From IMG/VR virus record IMGVR_UViG_3300032303_002003, positions 1 through 64,000 of that record: a DNA stretch of 64,000 bases. One strand, written 5' to 3'. Of this stretch, positions 31,899 through 41,279 are shown in pieces. The position numbers and the translations under genes are program-made. Below the pieces are notes generated by a model. It saw only the letters and a program-made list of their open reading frames with translations, was not told the origin of the DNA and did no database searches. Every line of letters starts with the position of its first letter. The first letter of the stretch is position 1. Source of the stretch: a virus (lineage: Duplodnaviria > Caudoviricetes).

Positions 31899-33405
31899 AA
31901 TAAATAAACCACTATTGTATCCTGCGGTTGTTTTAGACAACAAGGACCCATTAATGTTAGGAAGAATTAGAGCGAGAGTACTAACTGATAATTATAATGA
32001 TACAATTTCAAGTATTACAAACCCTGTTTGGGATGAAAAAACTGATAAGTGGACATCAAGAGACCCTTTTATTTTTATACCTTTATTACCTTACTTTATT
32101 TATCAAGTTCCAAAAAAAGATGAAATAGTTTATGGACTTTATTATAACGCAGACTACAAATTCCAAGGGCAATTTTATGTTCAATCTTTATTTTCTTCCC
32201 CTACCGCAACGCCGTTTGAGTATTATGTAGGTGGTGATAAATTTACGGGTGTTGGTAGTCAATATACAAATTCACTACCTTTAAAAAATCAAGACGGTAC
32301 TTACGCAGGTCCAAAAAATGAAGGTGTTTTTCCTGAACCAGGTGATAATGCTATTTTAGGAAGGGGTAGTGCGGATTTAATTGTTAAAGAGGATGAAGTT
32401 ATTCTTAGAGCGGGAAAAACAATAGGAAATATACAACCAAACACAATACCGGCAGCAAACAGTAATAGGTCATTTTTACAATTATCAAAGTTTAAAAATA
32501 TTAAAATTTTAGATGATGTTAAAACTATAAACGTACAAGATGAAAAGGTAGTATTGGTTAAATATCTAATTGAGTGGGTTATCACAAATCCTGAAAATAC
32601 TCAAGATAGCTTTACAGGTGCCGTCTATCTTTATAAATTAAGACCAAATATAAAAACTAATTCAAAGGAATTAAAAGTAGATTCTGATGTTGAAGGTTAT
32701 AAGTTTTTAACTACTTATAGTCAATTTACCGCATTATCAAAAAAAGATACAATAACATTTATAAATGATTTTATAAAAACTTGTAATAGTCAAGGAGATA
32801 TTGATGGTAAAAAAATATTTATAGAAGACCCTCACCCAATTTACTATAGACCTTCAAATTCAACATATGATAAATTAACCTCCTCGCCAACCGCTACAGT
32901 ACCTCCAATTGTTTCTTCAAATTTAAATGAAATTTATAATGGTATAAGATTAAACACAACAACTTTAACTAAGGGATATGGTTTAATTTATACTAAAGAT
33001 AAGGTAGGATTTCCTTTTGATGTAAAATCTTGGGAGACACCAATTTACAAATATAATAATACTCCCGTTACTTTTGCAGGTGTTGGTGCGGATAAATTAC
33101 TTTTAATGTCTCATAAGTCCGAAATACCAGGTAAAGGTAAAATTAATTTGGATGGTACTCTTTATGGTATTACAAATGACACATTTACAGATGAAATATT
33201 ACCAAAAACATCATCTGCGGTGAGAGGGGAAGAATTATTAGAATTAATAAATTTAATTGTTAGATTTCTCACTACTCACACTCATGCATTTCCCGGATTA
33301 CCTCCTGTACCAGTAACACAAGACGGAACAAGCTCGGCGAGAATACTCGCAGAATTACAAAATGCAGTAAACACTATTTTAAATGAGAATATTCGTTTGA
33401 ATTGA
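31891..33405 (+). CDS. Baseplate hub/central spike, gp5/VgrG-like
   Basis: N-terminal OB-fold motif VLDNKDPLMLGRIRARV..P..P..E; C-terminal THTH. Confidence 0.7.
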   Translation: MNRINKPLLYPAVVLDNKDPLMLGRIRARVLTDNYNDTISSITNPVWDEKTDKWTSRDPFIFIPLLPYFIYQVPKKDEIVYGLYYNADYKFQGQFYVQSLFSSPTATPFEYYVGGDKFTGVGSQYTNSLPLKNQDGTYAGPKNEGVFPEPGDNAILGRGSADLIVKEDEVILRAGKTIGNIQPNTIPAANSNRSFLQLSKFKNIKILDDVKTINVQDEKVVLVKYLIEWVITNPENTQDSFTGAVYLYKLRPNIKTNSKELKVDSDVEGYKFLTTYSQFTALSKKDTITFINDFIKTCNSQGDIDGKKIFIEDPHPIYYRPSNSTYDKLTSSPTATVPPIVSSNLNEIYNGIRLNTTTLTKGYGLIYTKDKVGFPFDVKSWETPIYKYNNTPVTFAGVGADKLLLMSHKSEIPGKGKINLDGTLYGITNDTFTDEILPKTSSAVRGEELLELINLIVRFLTTHTHAFPGLPPVPVTQDGTSSARILAELQNAVNTILNENIRLN

Positions 33406-33428
33406 TATTTATATAATAAAACATATCA

Positions 33429-34925
33429 ATGTCAATATTTAGGTCTTATATAACTAAAAATAATACCATAATTTCTAATTCCTACACTAATACAGGAAGA
33501 AATCCTGTTACGGAATTAAGTTTTGGTTCATCAGATTATCTTCTACCCAATTACGGGTTTACAAGATTCATATTTAACTTGGATTTGGATGGGTTAATTA
33601 ATAATATTAAAAGTAATTTAATAACCACTGCATGCACGGATAATATGACACATTACCTTCAGATGACTAACACATCTTCATTCCAAGAAGATTTGTTAAA
33701 TACAAAAATGACAACAGGCAGAAGAAGGGCAACATCTTTTGATTTAATACTATTTAGAATTCCAAAAACACAAGGAGATATTGGTGACCCACAGTATTGG
33801 GATGAAGGTGTAGGTTATGATTTTAATGAGTTTAATTTGGCAATTGTAAATAATCAGGGTGGAGCATCTCCATTAACATACGTTAGTGACAGGTCTTATT
33901 CTGACAGACCATCAAATTGGTATAAAATAACAACTGTCACAGATTGGTCTCAACCGGGAATATATGATAATAAAGATGCTGGAATTGTTAATTTTTCTGA
34001 CTTATATATTGTTGATAGACAACATTTTGAGTTTGGAAATGAAGATATTAATTTCAATATGACCGACGAAATCAATAGTATTATTGATGGTAGTTTAACT
34101 GATGTTACAGGATGGGGAATTGCATTTCTTCCTGATGTAGAGAATATTACAGGATTAACCGAATCTTATAGTGTTGCATTTTTTACAAGACACACACAAA
34201 CTTTTTACCAACCTTATTTATTAACAACTTATGATGATTTAATTCAAGATGATAGAAACAATTTTGTAAAAAATCAAACTAATAAATTATACTTATACGT
34301 TTACCAAAATGGTAATCTAATAAACTTAGATGAGCTTCCTATCGCAACAATATTAGATAGAAATGATGACCCTGTTGTTTTAAATTTAACTGGTTGTCCA
34401 AGAACAACAGGTATATATGAAGTTGTTGTTCCCGCAGTTTTTAATAGTTATAACACTCCTTGTGAATTTTATGATATATGGAGTAATCTTAAATTAAATG
34501 GCGAAAATCTACCAAACATCACAAATCAATTTATTTTGAAAAATGTTGGAGCTAAAATTCAGGCGGGTTCACAATCAAACACACCTGAAGTATTTGGATT
34601 TGATTTTTATGGTATAAAACAAGATGAAAAAATATTAAACACTGACATTAAAAAAGTTGGTATTATAATTAAAAAGGCATACTCAACACAAACATTATTA
34701 TCTGATGTTGACGCATATTATAGAATATATGTTAGAGAAGGAACTACAGAGGTTCAAGTTCAAGATTGGACTAAAATTAATAGAACACCTAACGAATATT
34801 ACTTCATTTTTGATACAACAGATAAAATTCCAAATCAATATTATGTTGATATGAAGGTTAATATAAGTGGTCAAAAAGATACTTACAAAAAACAATTAAC
34901 TTTTCAGATAGTAAACAAGAAATAA
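33429..34925 (+). CDS. Putative virion structural protein
   Basis: 498 aa beta-rich, WDEGVGYD motif, TATTTAT upstream. Confidence 0.55.
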   Translation: MSIFRSYITKNNTIISNSYTNTGRNPVTELSFGSSDYLLPNYGFTRFIFNLDLDGLINNIKSNLITTACTDNMTHYLQMTNTSSFQEDLLNTKMTTGRRRATSFDLILFRIPKTQGDIGDPQYWDEGVGYDFNEFNLAIVNNQGGASPLTYVSDRSYSDRPSNWYKITTVTDWSQPGIYDNKDAGIVNFSDLYIVDRQHFEFGNEDINFNMTDEINSIIDGSLTDVTGWGIAFLPDVENITGLTESYSVAFFTRHTQTFYQPYLLTTYDDLIQDDRNNFVKNQTNKLYLYVYQNGNLINLDELPIATILDRNDDPVVLNLTGCPRTTGIYEVVVPAVFNSYNTPCEFYDIWSNLKLNGENLPNITNQFILKNVGAKIQAGSQSNTPEVFGFDFYGIKQDEKILNTDIKKVGIIIKKAYSTQTLLSDVDAYYRIYVREGTTEVQVQDWTKINRTPNEYYFIFDTTDKIPNQYYVDMKVNISGQKDTYKKQLTFQIVNKK

Positions 34926-34952
34926 AAGATATTTATTATAAATTAAAATATT

Positions 34953-35150
34953 ATGGCAACATATAGTGCAAACACGTTTTATGAATATACCAATCAAAGA
35001 TTAGGTAGTTTTTCAGGGGGTACTTGGAATTCTTCTTTGGGGAATGCTCCTCATCCGCAAGCTATAACATATTCTCGTACAACTACTGGAGATACTGTTA
35101 TTGACTTATCAAGCATAACAATAGGTGGGTTCAATGGATTAAATAATTAA
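34953..35150 (+). CDS. Small putative virion protein
   Basis: 65 aa, TATTTAT upstream, SANT/SGGT/TGDT motifs. Confidence 0.65.
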   Translation: MATYSANTFYEYTNQRLGSFSGGTWNSSLGNAPHPQAITYSRTTTGDTVIDLSSITIGGFNGLNN

Positions 35151-35153
35151 AAT

Positions 35154-35762
35154 ATGAAAATAAGATTAACAGAGTCGGAACTTATTAGTTTAATAAGACA
35201 AACTATTAAAGAACAAAGATGCGGAAAAGAAAAAGGATTTGGTTGTAAAGAAAAAGGTGATATAACAGGCTCAAACCTATCTAAAATTGGTGGTATAAGC
35301 GGTGGCGATAAAGGAGTTGGTGACGGTACATACGAAGACACAATTAGTGGCGGTTCAAATTTTGCGGAAATTAGTAATTTCTTATCTTACGATGATAATG
35401 ATAAAGATTTAATTATGACATCATATAAAAATGATAGAGATTCGTTACCTGCTGAAGTTCAACCACCAAGTAAAAAAAATAAAATGGATTATTATACTGC
35501 GGCTTGGAGAGATGCTGATAGATTTAATAGAAAAAATTCTAATACAGAATATACAAAATATTTTGACACATCAGGTAATTTTAAAAATCCTGAAGATAGG
35601 TCAAAGTTTATAGGTGCAGATATATATTTTCCTTTTTATAAACACCATTTCCCTAATAAACAAAAAATAACACCTCTTGATGTTATTAATCTATTTAAAA
35701 ATAATCTTGGTGGATTAGATAAATTTGTAACCGCCGCTAGTACAGGGTATAAAATTCAATAA
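35154..35762 (+). CDS. Leader-bearing hypothetical (putative internal head) protein
   Basis: N-terminus MKIRLTESELISLIRQTIKEQ shared with ORFs at 35765 and 58132. Confidence 0.7.
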   Translation: MKIRLTESELISLIRQTIKEQRCGKEKGFGCKEKGDITGSNLSKIGGISGGDKGVGDGTYEDTISGGSNFAEISNFLSYDDNDKDLIMTSYKNDRDSLPAEVQPPSKKNKMDYYTAAWRDADRFNRKNSNTEYTKYFDTSGNFKNPEDRSKFIGADIYFPFYKHHFPNKQKITPLDVINLFKNNLGGLDKFVTAASTGYKIQ

Positions 35763-35764
35763 TT

Positions 35765-36232
35765 ATGAAAACAATTAAATTAACAGAAACAGACATAAAT
35801 CGTCTTGTTAAAAAAGTTCTTAGAGAACAAGAATCACCAAATTATATGTTTTTTAGTAATTTGGAACAAATGAAAAGACAATGTGAATTATTATTGGAAT
35901 TAGACCCCCGTACGGTGGACGAGATTCTAATGAATGGACACGATTGGGCTGATGACCATATTTCAACCGCAAAGGAGAATATTGACCAAGTATTTGACTT
36001 TATGATGAATGAAACAAAACGTGAAGAAAATATACCTCACGATGAAATGGATATGATGTCTGAAGGACGTAAAAAATCAGGAACTAAATTATGTGCTCGT
36101 GGTAAATCCGCAGCAAAATCTAAATTTAAGGTTTACCCCTCGGCATATGCGAACGGTTACGCCGTTCAAGTATGTAAGGGTAAAATGCCTGGTTCAGACG
36201 GTAAGAAAAGATGTTCCCCACCTTATTGTTAA
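35765..36232 (+). CDS. Leader-bearing protein with basic Cys-rich YPSAYANG C-terminus
   Basis: MKTIKLTETDINRLVKKVLREQ leader; KFKVYPSAYANGYAVQVCKG. Confidence 0.75.
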   Translation: MKTIKLTETDINRLVKKVLREQESPNYMFFSNLEQMKRQCELLLELDPRTVDEILMNGHDWADDHISTAKENIDQVFDFMMNETKREENIPHDEMDMMSEGRKKSGTKLCARGKSAAKSKFKVYPSAYANGYAVQVCKGKMPGSDGKKRCSPPYC

Positions 36233-36239
36233 GAAATTA

Positions 36240-36270
36240 AAAACCCCTCCAAAAGAGGGGTTAATTTTTT
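36240..36270. terminator. Bidirectional terminator
   Basis: AACCCCTC-caaaa-GAGGGGTT between convergent genes. Confidence 0.75.
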
Positions 36271-36695
36271 TACTGAATATCCATCACTTCTAAATCAAAT
36301 ATGAGTTTCTTACCCGCCAAAGGATGATTAGCATCAATCTTAATCATATCCTCCATAACATCTACTACTGTTACATTTACAGGGCCCATACTACTTTGAG
36401 CATTTAAGATATCACCCGCCTGAACATTCTCAGGAAATTGAGTTTTAGGTACATCAAATACCATTTCTTCTTTATAATCACCATAAGCATCTACCGCCTC
36501 AATTTCAATTGTTTTCTTTTCTCCAATCTCCATCTCAAGAAGTCCATTTTCAAATCCTGGAATTACTTGTTTTGCACCAATAGTTGCTTTAATAGGTTCT
36601 CTTCCTTCAATTAAGGAAGTATCAAAAATTTGTCCATCTTCAAATTTTCCTGTGTAATTTACACTTACTGTGTCTCCGTTTTGTACTTTTTTCAT
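36270..36695 (-). CDS. FKBP-type peptidyl-prolyl isomerase (SlyD/FkpB-like)
   Basis: VSVNYTG..FDTS..IPGFENGL..AYG..DANHPLAGKKLIFD. Confidence 0.93.
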   Translation of the reverse strand: MKKVQNGDTVSVNYTGKFEDGQIFDTSLIEGREPIKATIGAKQVIPGFENGLLEMEIGEKKTIEIEAVDAYGDYKEEMVFDVPKTQFPENVQAGDILNAQSSMGPVNVTVVDVMEDMIKIDANHPLAGKKLIFDLEVMDIQ

Positions 36696-36726
36696 TATTA
36701 TTTTTTTTTAAAAATAGGTGACTATA

Positions 36727-36757
36727 TTTGTTTAATCAATAAAAAACACTAACTTTG
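36727..36757 (+). promoter_or_regulatory. Bacteroidota-type housekeeping promoter
   Basis: TTTG (36727-30), 19 nt spacer, TAACTTTG (36750-57); matches -33/-7 consensus. Confidence 0.7.
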
Positions 36758-36761
36758 TGTT

Positions 36762-37163
36762 ATGAATACTGAAAAAAAATCCGGATTACTTCATAGATTA
36801 TACCTATATCTTAAAAACAAGTTTGACCCTACTCCCGAACCTAAAGAAGAAGAAATTTATGTTCTTGAAATTTGTAAAAAATTAATTGTTAATACAAATT
36901 CAAAATTAACAAATGCACCAATTTCGTTTAAAAGATTTATAAAAAATGACGATAATAATATGTTTATTGTTATTAACAACAGAACAATAAGTCTAATAAA
37001 TCACGTATATAGTTATAATGTTTTTATTGAATCATTTGAACATTATTCAGACATTTGTGAATTATTTGATAATGAAATGGAAAAAAGAAGACAAGAACTT
37101 GAAGATGAAATAAAAAATAATATTCAACATTCTTTAAAAGAAATACTTAAAAAAGTTAGTTAA
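36762..37163 (+). CDS. Hypothetical protein
   Basis: 133-aa ORF with host-type promoter. Confidence 0.7.
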   Translation: MNTEKKSGLLHRLYLYLKNKFDPTPEPKEEEIYVLEICKKLIVNTNSKLTNAPISFKRFIKNDDNNMFIVINNRTISLINHVYSYNVFIESFEHYSDICELFDNEMEKRRQELEDEIKNNIQHSLKEILKKVS

Positions 37164-37851
37164 AATTTTCTCTTAATATTTTTCTAATTAAATCTCTTGT
37201 AGATTCATTTTTTGGTTTGTAATGAGTCATTTTTGGTTTGTTTCCCGTACCTGATTTTGAATGAGATTTTTCTGCCTTTCTTTTTTGCTGACAAGCACTT
37301 CTTTTTTGTGAATCTGTCATTTTTGATGCAACTCCTGCAGCTCTACATTTAGGATATCCTTTGTCAGATGCATCAGGTCTACCACAAGGAGGATGTCCTC
37401 CACCCTCTTTTTTACGACAAATATTAACCCACGGACCTTTTGGTTGTTTACTACCTTTTGGTTTTTTCTTTGTACCAAACCACACTCCTAAATCTTCATT
37501 AACTAAATCAGATTCTTTTCCAGGTGTTCCTGGTGTAGTATCTCCCATAGGAATAAAGCCATTTAAAGGGTTACCATCGTCATCATTTTGTCCAAAAGCA
37601 TCTGATGCTTTTCTTGAAAGTTTTTTTGTGAGTCTTTCTATTTTGTCCGCCCTTTCTTTTGAAATATCTAAAGAACCATCATAACTATCGTAAGCTAAAG
37701 TTTGATTTAAATATTCAGATACCCTTATGTTAAAAGGTTCCAAAGGTTCTTTACCCCAATCAAGAGGCGCAAAGTTTATTGGTGTTTTAAAACTCCCAGA
37801 ACTTCCTGAACCTGTAGCTTCCCTTAATGATTTTTTTATTATATATTTCAC
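37156..37851 (-). CDS. Putative internal head protein with basic Cys-rich domain (GTG start)
   Basis: MKYIIKKSLRE start; EDLGVWF..WVNIC..PCGR..YPKC; C-terminal RDLIRKILRE; TATTTAT 6 nt upstream. Confidence 0.7.
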   Translation of the reverse strand: MKYIIKKSLREATGSGSSGSFKTPINFAPLDWGKEPLEPFNIRVSEYLNQTLAYDSYDGSLDISKERADKIERLTKKLSRKASDAFGQNDDDGNPLNGFIPMGDTTPGTPGKESDLVNEDLGVWFGTKKKPKGSKQPKGPWVNICRKKEGGGHPPCGRPDASDKGYPKCRAAGVASKMTDSQKRSACQQKRKAEKSHSKSGTGNKPKMTHYKPKNESTRDLIRKILRENFN

Positions 37852-37879
37852 TAAATAATAAATATCTTAAATTTTAATT

Positions 37880-38116
37880 ATGACAGGAACAACAGAACCA
37901 ATTGGGTATCTTTTTGAAAGTATTGCAATATATGACCCATCCTCAGTATCTATTTTTATTGACAAAATGATACCTGAGCAGGCTTTTTACGTAGTGACTC
38001 AAGCAATTCAAATGGCGTATAATAAAAATTTATATTCTATGCAAGAAACGGAAATACTCTCAAAAGCACTTAGGATAATATCTGAACCACAAGTAAAAGA
38101 AACCCCCACCGAATGA
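37880..38116 (+). CDS. Hypothetical protein
   Basis: 78-aa ORF followed by hairpin and T-run. Confidence 0.65.
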   Translation: MTGTTEPIGYLFESIAIYDPSSVSIFIDKMIPEQAFYVVTQAIQMAYNKNLYSMQETEILSKALRIISEPQVKETPTE

Positions 38117-38267
38117 TGTTGGGTTTTTTTTATTTAATTACCTAACAAAAAAAAAATCCCTTCATAAAAGAAGGGAATTAAAATAATTAATGAAATATAA
38201 AACATTTCGACTGTATGAGAAATATAAAATTTTATTTAACATTAAAAATATTTTTTATAAATAGTTA

Positions 38268-38663
38268 TTAAATCCCAAATTCTGATTTAATATAACCAAG
38301 AGATTCTACATATGTAACCAATTCATTCATTACATCTTTATGTTTTATAACAAAATTACCAATTTCCCTTCTGATTTTGTTGTCATAGGCGCCAGCTCTT
38401 CTATGAAAGTCATCTATTCTAGATTTCAAATTCAACCATTCATCAGATGAACTGAGATTTTTCATAATATCGTTCAATTTTTTTTGATAACTCTCATTTT
38501 TACTATCATAGAAAAATAAAAATAAATTACCATACCCCAAAGGATTTATTCTTCTTGACATTACATCATCTTCTTTTAGATATAAATTTTTAGTTGCGCT
38601 TTCGTGAAGGTTCAAAATTCTGTTTTTTTCTTCTTGACCAATCTCAAAGATATTTTTTTTCAT
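38268..38663 (-). CDS. Hypothetical protein with leader-like N-terminus
   Basis: MKKNIFEIGQEEKNRILNLHESA..YLKE; TATTTAT upstream. Confidence 0.7.
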   Translation of the reverse strand: MKKNIFEIGQEEKNRILNLHESATKNLYLKEDDVMSRRINPLGYGNLFLFFYDSKNESYQKKLNDIMKNLSSSDEWLNLKSRIDDFHRRAGAYDNKIRREIGNFVIKHKDVMNELVTYVESLGYIKSEFGI

Positions 38664-38685
38664 ATTCTTTTAATATATAAATATA

Positions 38686-39375
38686 TTAAAAATAGAAAAT
38701 CATCTTGTTAGATTTTTTTATATTTTCATCTCCCCACATCGGTTGAAGATTATCCAAACTCCAACACCTCATAAACTCATTATCTCCGATTTCTTGTAAG
38801 TTAAATGATGTGATTGGTAATCTATGGTCAACATGCCATTCCCCGTAATTTTCCCACGTCATACCCTCTGTAAACTGATTTTCCAAGTGAGTGGCAAGTT
38901 CCTCAGGTGAATATTGTAGTATTTCAAAATAATGTCCGTATTTATCCATATTATTTTCTTTTAATACTGTCCATATCGCTGTCCTGAAATTAGCAACTAG
39001 TTTATATAGGGGGTCGTTCGCTTTCCGGGTTCTTTCGTAGTTACGTTTAACCTCTCTGATTTTATCAATATTCTTTTCTCGGTATTCTTTAAGATATTCT
39101 TTACGGTGTTCTTTGTTTTGTTCGTACCAATTTTTGGATTTTTCTGACATATAATTCTTATTCTTTTCTCTCCATTTTTTGTCTGCTATCTTTTTACCAC
39201 CAATAAACCGTCTACCCGAAGGTCCCAAATTAACACCATTATCTCTTAAAGTATTTAATACGATTGTTTTATGTATTTTCAGTTTTTCACTTATTGTGGG
39301 GGAACCTAATAATTCTTCATTATATAATCTTAAAATTTCTTTAATTTGTTCTTCGGTTAAAATTAATTTTCTCAT
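38686..39375 (-). CDS. HNH homing endonuclease
   Basis: WHVDHRLP..CWSLDNLQPMW..ENIKKSNK; N-terminal HTH; start reassigned to ATG 39375, 4 nt after TATTTAT. Confidence 0.85.
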   Translation of the reverse strand: MRKLILTEEQIKEILRLYNEELLGSPTISEKLKIHKTIVLNTLRDNGVNLGPSGRRFIGGKKIADKKWREKNKNYMSEKSKNWYEQNKEHRKEYLKEYREKNIDKIREVKRNYERTRKANDPLYKLVANFRTAIWTVLKENNMDKYGHYFEILQYSPEELATHLENQFTEGMTWENYGEWHVDHRLPITSFNLQEIGDNEFMRCWSLDNLQPMWGDENIKKSNKMIFYF

Positions 39376-39424
39376 AATTATAAATATACAACATTTATCC
39401 AAAAAATCTATAGTTATTATAATA

Positions 39425-39458
39425 AATAAAAAAAAAGGAGACAATTTCTTGTCTCCTT
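39425..39458 (-). terminator. Terminator after major capsid gene
   Basis: AAGGAGACAA-tttc-TTGTCTCCTT perfect stem plus A-run (U-run on minus strand). Confidence 0.85.
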
Positions 39459-39480
39459 AAGTGTATTTGTAAGAGTTTGA

Positions 39481-41244
39481 TTATCTCAATTCTCTTAAAT
39501 CAAATGTTCTAACACCATCTACAGTAATTCTTCCGTAAAAGCGATTATTTACCATCTTTTTTGCGTATCTAGTCATGATACCTTTGATTGGTGTAAAGTT
39601 AAACGGATTGTACATAGTTGGAGTTAATTGTAGAGGTACGTACGGTGCGTAGATGTAACCTGTATCTAACAATGACGTTCCTTTGTGTCCCATTAAAACT
39701 GTGTTTGCTGGGAAGTAAGGGTCACGATAAACTTGGTAACGACCAGCCAAAGTACCTACTCTTTCAATACCCATATTGTATTGGTCTTGCTCAGGAGCTG
39801 CGTTTGATACGTGGAAATATTCCAAATCATCAAAAATTGCACTGATTTCAGAAGAAACAACAATCCAGTTAGCACCACCTCTAAGAGTTGATTTATGGAT
39901 TTGTGCAGAAATTTGGTTGATTGCAGTAATCAAAGTTTGGTTCCAATCTTTTTGAGTGTATGGAACTGCTTGACTTCCTAATCTCTTCCAACCGTTGTAA
40001 TCCCAACGTAAGTTCCAAGCGGCACCTTTACGTAAATCACGAAGGATTTCACGGTCGATTTCCGCCGCAACTTGTTCAGACAATAAAGCTGTTAATTCAG
40101 CTTCAGCGTCAATGTTGTGGAATGCTGCAACGTCTTGAGCCATTTCAGGAGACCATTGAGCTCTTAATTTTCTTTCAGTAACAGAAACTGTTACAGATTG
40201 AAGGTCAAAAGAAACTTCACCAATTTTATCTTCAAATTCCATATTTTTGTATACTCTGTAAGTTGCGTTAAATAAGTTAGTCGCTGAAGAACCAGCTCCA
40301 ATTGTTGTACCTGAATAACCATCAAGTGAGTTAGCACCTACAGTACAAGGTACTTGTAAATCAACTTCAAGATAGATTATACCATCTGCAGAACAAATGT
40401 TATCATATGTACCACCATTACCTGTTCCAGGGAATGATGTTGTGGTTTGAGTACCATATTGAACAATACCTCTACCATACTTCTGAGTAACAACTCTGAA
40501 AAGGAAGTTACCGCTTACAGCAGAAAGAGCACCAGTACCTGCGGTAATAGTCAAATCAGACAAGAATGATTCGTTATCCATTGTTTGACCATCAGGACCG
40601 ATTAATTTTCCTGCTCCGCCTGACGCAAAACCTGACATAGCAACTAATACTTTTCTGTATTCACCAGCGGTGTAAGCAGAAGTTGCTAAATTACCTCCTG
40701 TCCATACAACAGTAGTTGCAACTGCGCTAATCGCTGAAAATTGACCTTTTGAATAATCAAACAATCCTGGTGGGTCTAAAGCTGGTTCATTACCTTCGTA
40801 GAATCTGTCATACAAATTCTTATCAGTATTCCAGCTGTAACCTGCTCCAGGACTTGTAGGCCCGTTTGGTGCACCTATTGGAGAATAGTGTGCGTTTGCG
40901 GTATCATACCCCTGAATGTTAGGTACAAAGTAGAACAATTTACCAATTGGTAAGTTCATAGCTTGTACAGAAACGATATCGTTAGCCAACAACTTAGAGA
41001 ATACTCTACGTACGATTGGAAACACAACAGTTTCAAATGCACCTGTATCAGATGTTGATGATGCTTCGTTTATCAAGAATGATGCTTGGTTTTCATATAA
41101 CTGTGCAACATTTTCTTTTAGGTGGCCTCTAAGACCTTCAAGGAACCCTAATTTGTCCCATTTGTTAATAGTATCTTCTTTGATAACTTTAAGGTGCTTA
41201 AGACCAATGTTACCAACGAGACCTGATTCTAATAATGCTCCCAT
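39481..41244 (-). CDS. Major capsid protein, T4 gp23-like
   Basis: FPIVRRVF..VSVQAM..P.G.LFY; RKLRAQWSPEMAQD..H.IDAEAEL..EIDREI; YAPYVPL; GIMTRY. Confidence 0.97.
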   Translation of the reverse strand: MGALLESGLVGNIGLKHLKVIKEDTINKWDKLGFLEGLRGHLKENVAQLYENQASFLINEASSTSDTGAFETVVFPIVRRVFSKLLANDIVSVQAMNLPIGKLFYFVPNIQGYDTANAHYSPIGAPNGPTSPGAGYSWNTDKNLYDRFYEGNEPALDPPGLFDYSKGQFSAISAVATTVVWTGGNLATSAYTAGEYRKVLVAMSGFASGGAGKLIGPDGQTMDNESFLSDLTITAGTGALSAVSGNFLFRVVTQKYGRGIVQYGTQTTTSFPGTGNGGTYDNICSADGIIYLEVDLQVPCTVGANSLDGYSGTTIGAGSSATNLFNATYRVYKNMEFEDKIGEVSFDLQSVTVSVTERKLRAQWSPEMAQDVAAFHNIDAEAELTALLSEQVAAEIDREILRDLRKGAAWNLRWDYNGWKRLGSQAVPYTQKDWNQTLITAINQISAQIHKSTLRGGANWIVVSSEISAIFDDLEYFHVSNAAPEQDQYNMGIERVGTLAGRYQVYRDPYFPANTVLMGHKGTSLLDTGYIYAPYVPLQLTPTMYNPFNFTPIKGIMTRYAKKMVNNRFYGRITVDGVRTFDLRELR

Positions 41245-41279
41245 TTTTATTGTTTTTTTGTTTTTAGTTTATTTTTTTT

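Noticed and set aside
39300-39375. MRKLILTEEQIKEILRLYNEE as a member of the LTE leader family
   Set aside because: Continues into an HTH (SPTISEKLKIHKTIVLNTL) like the N-terminus of endonuclease 10636; more likely a DNA-binding domain
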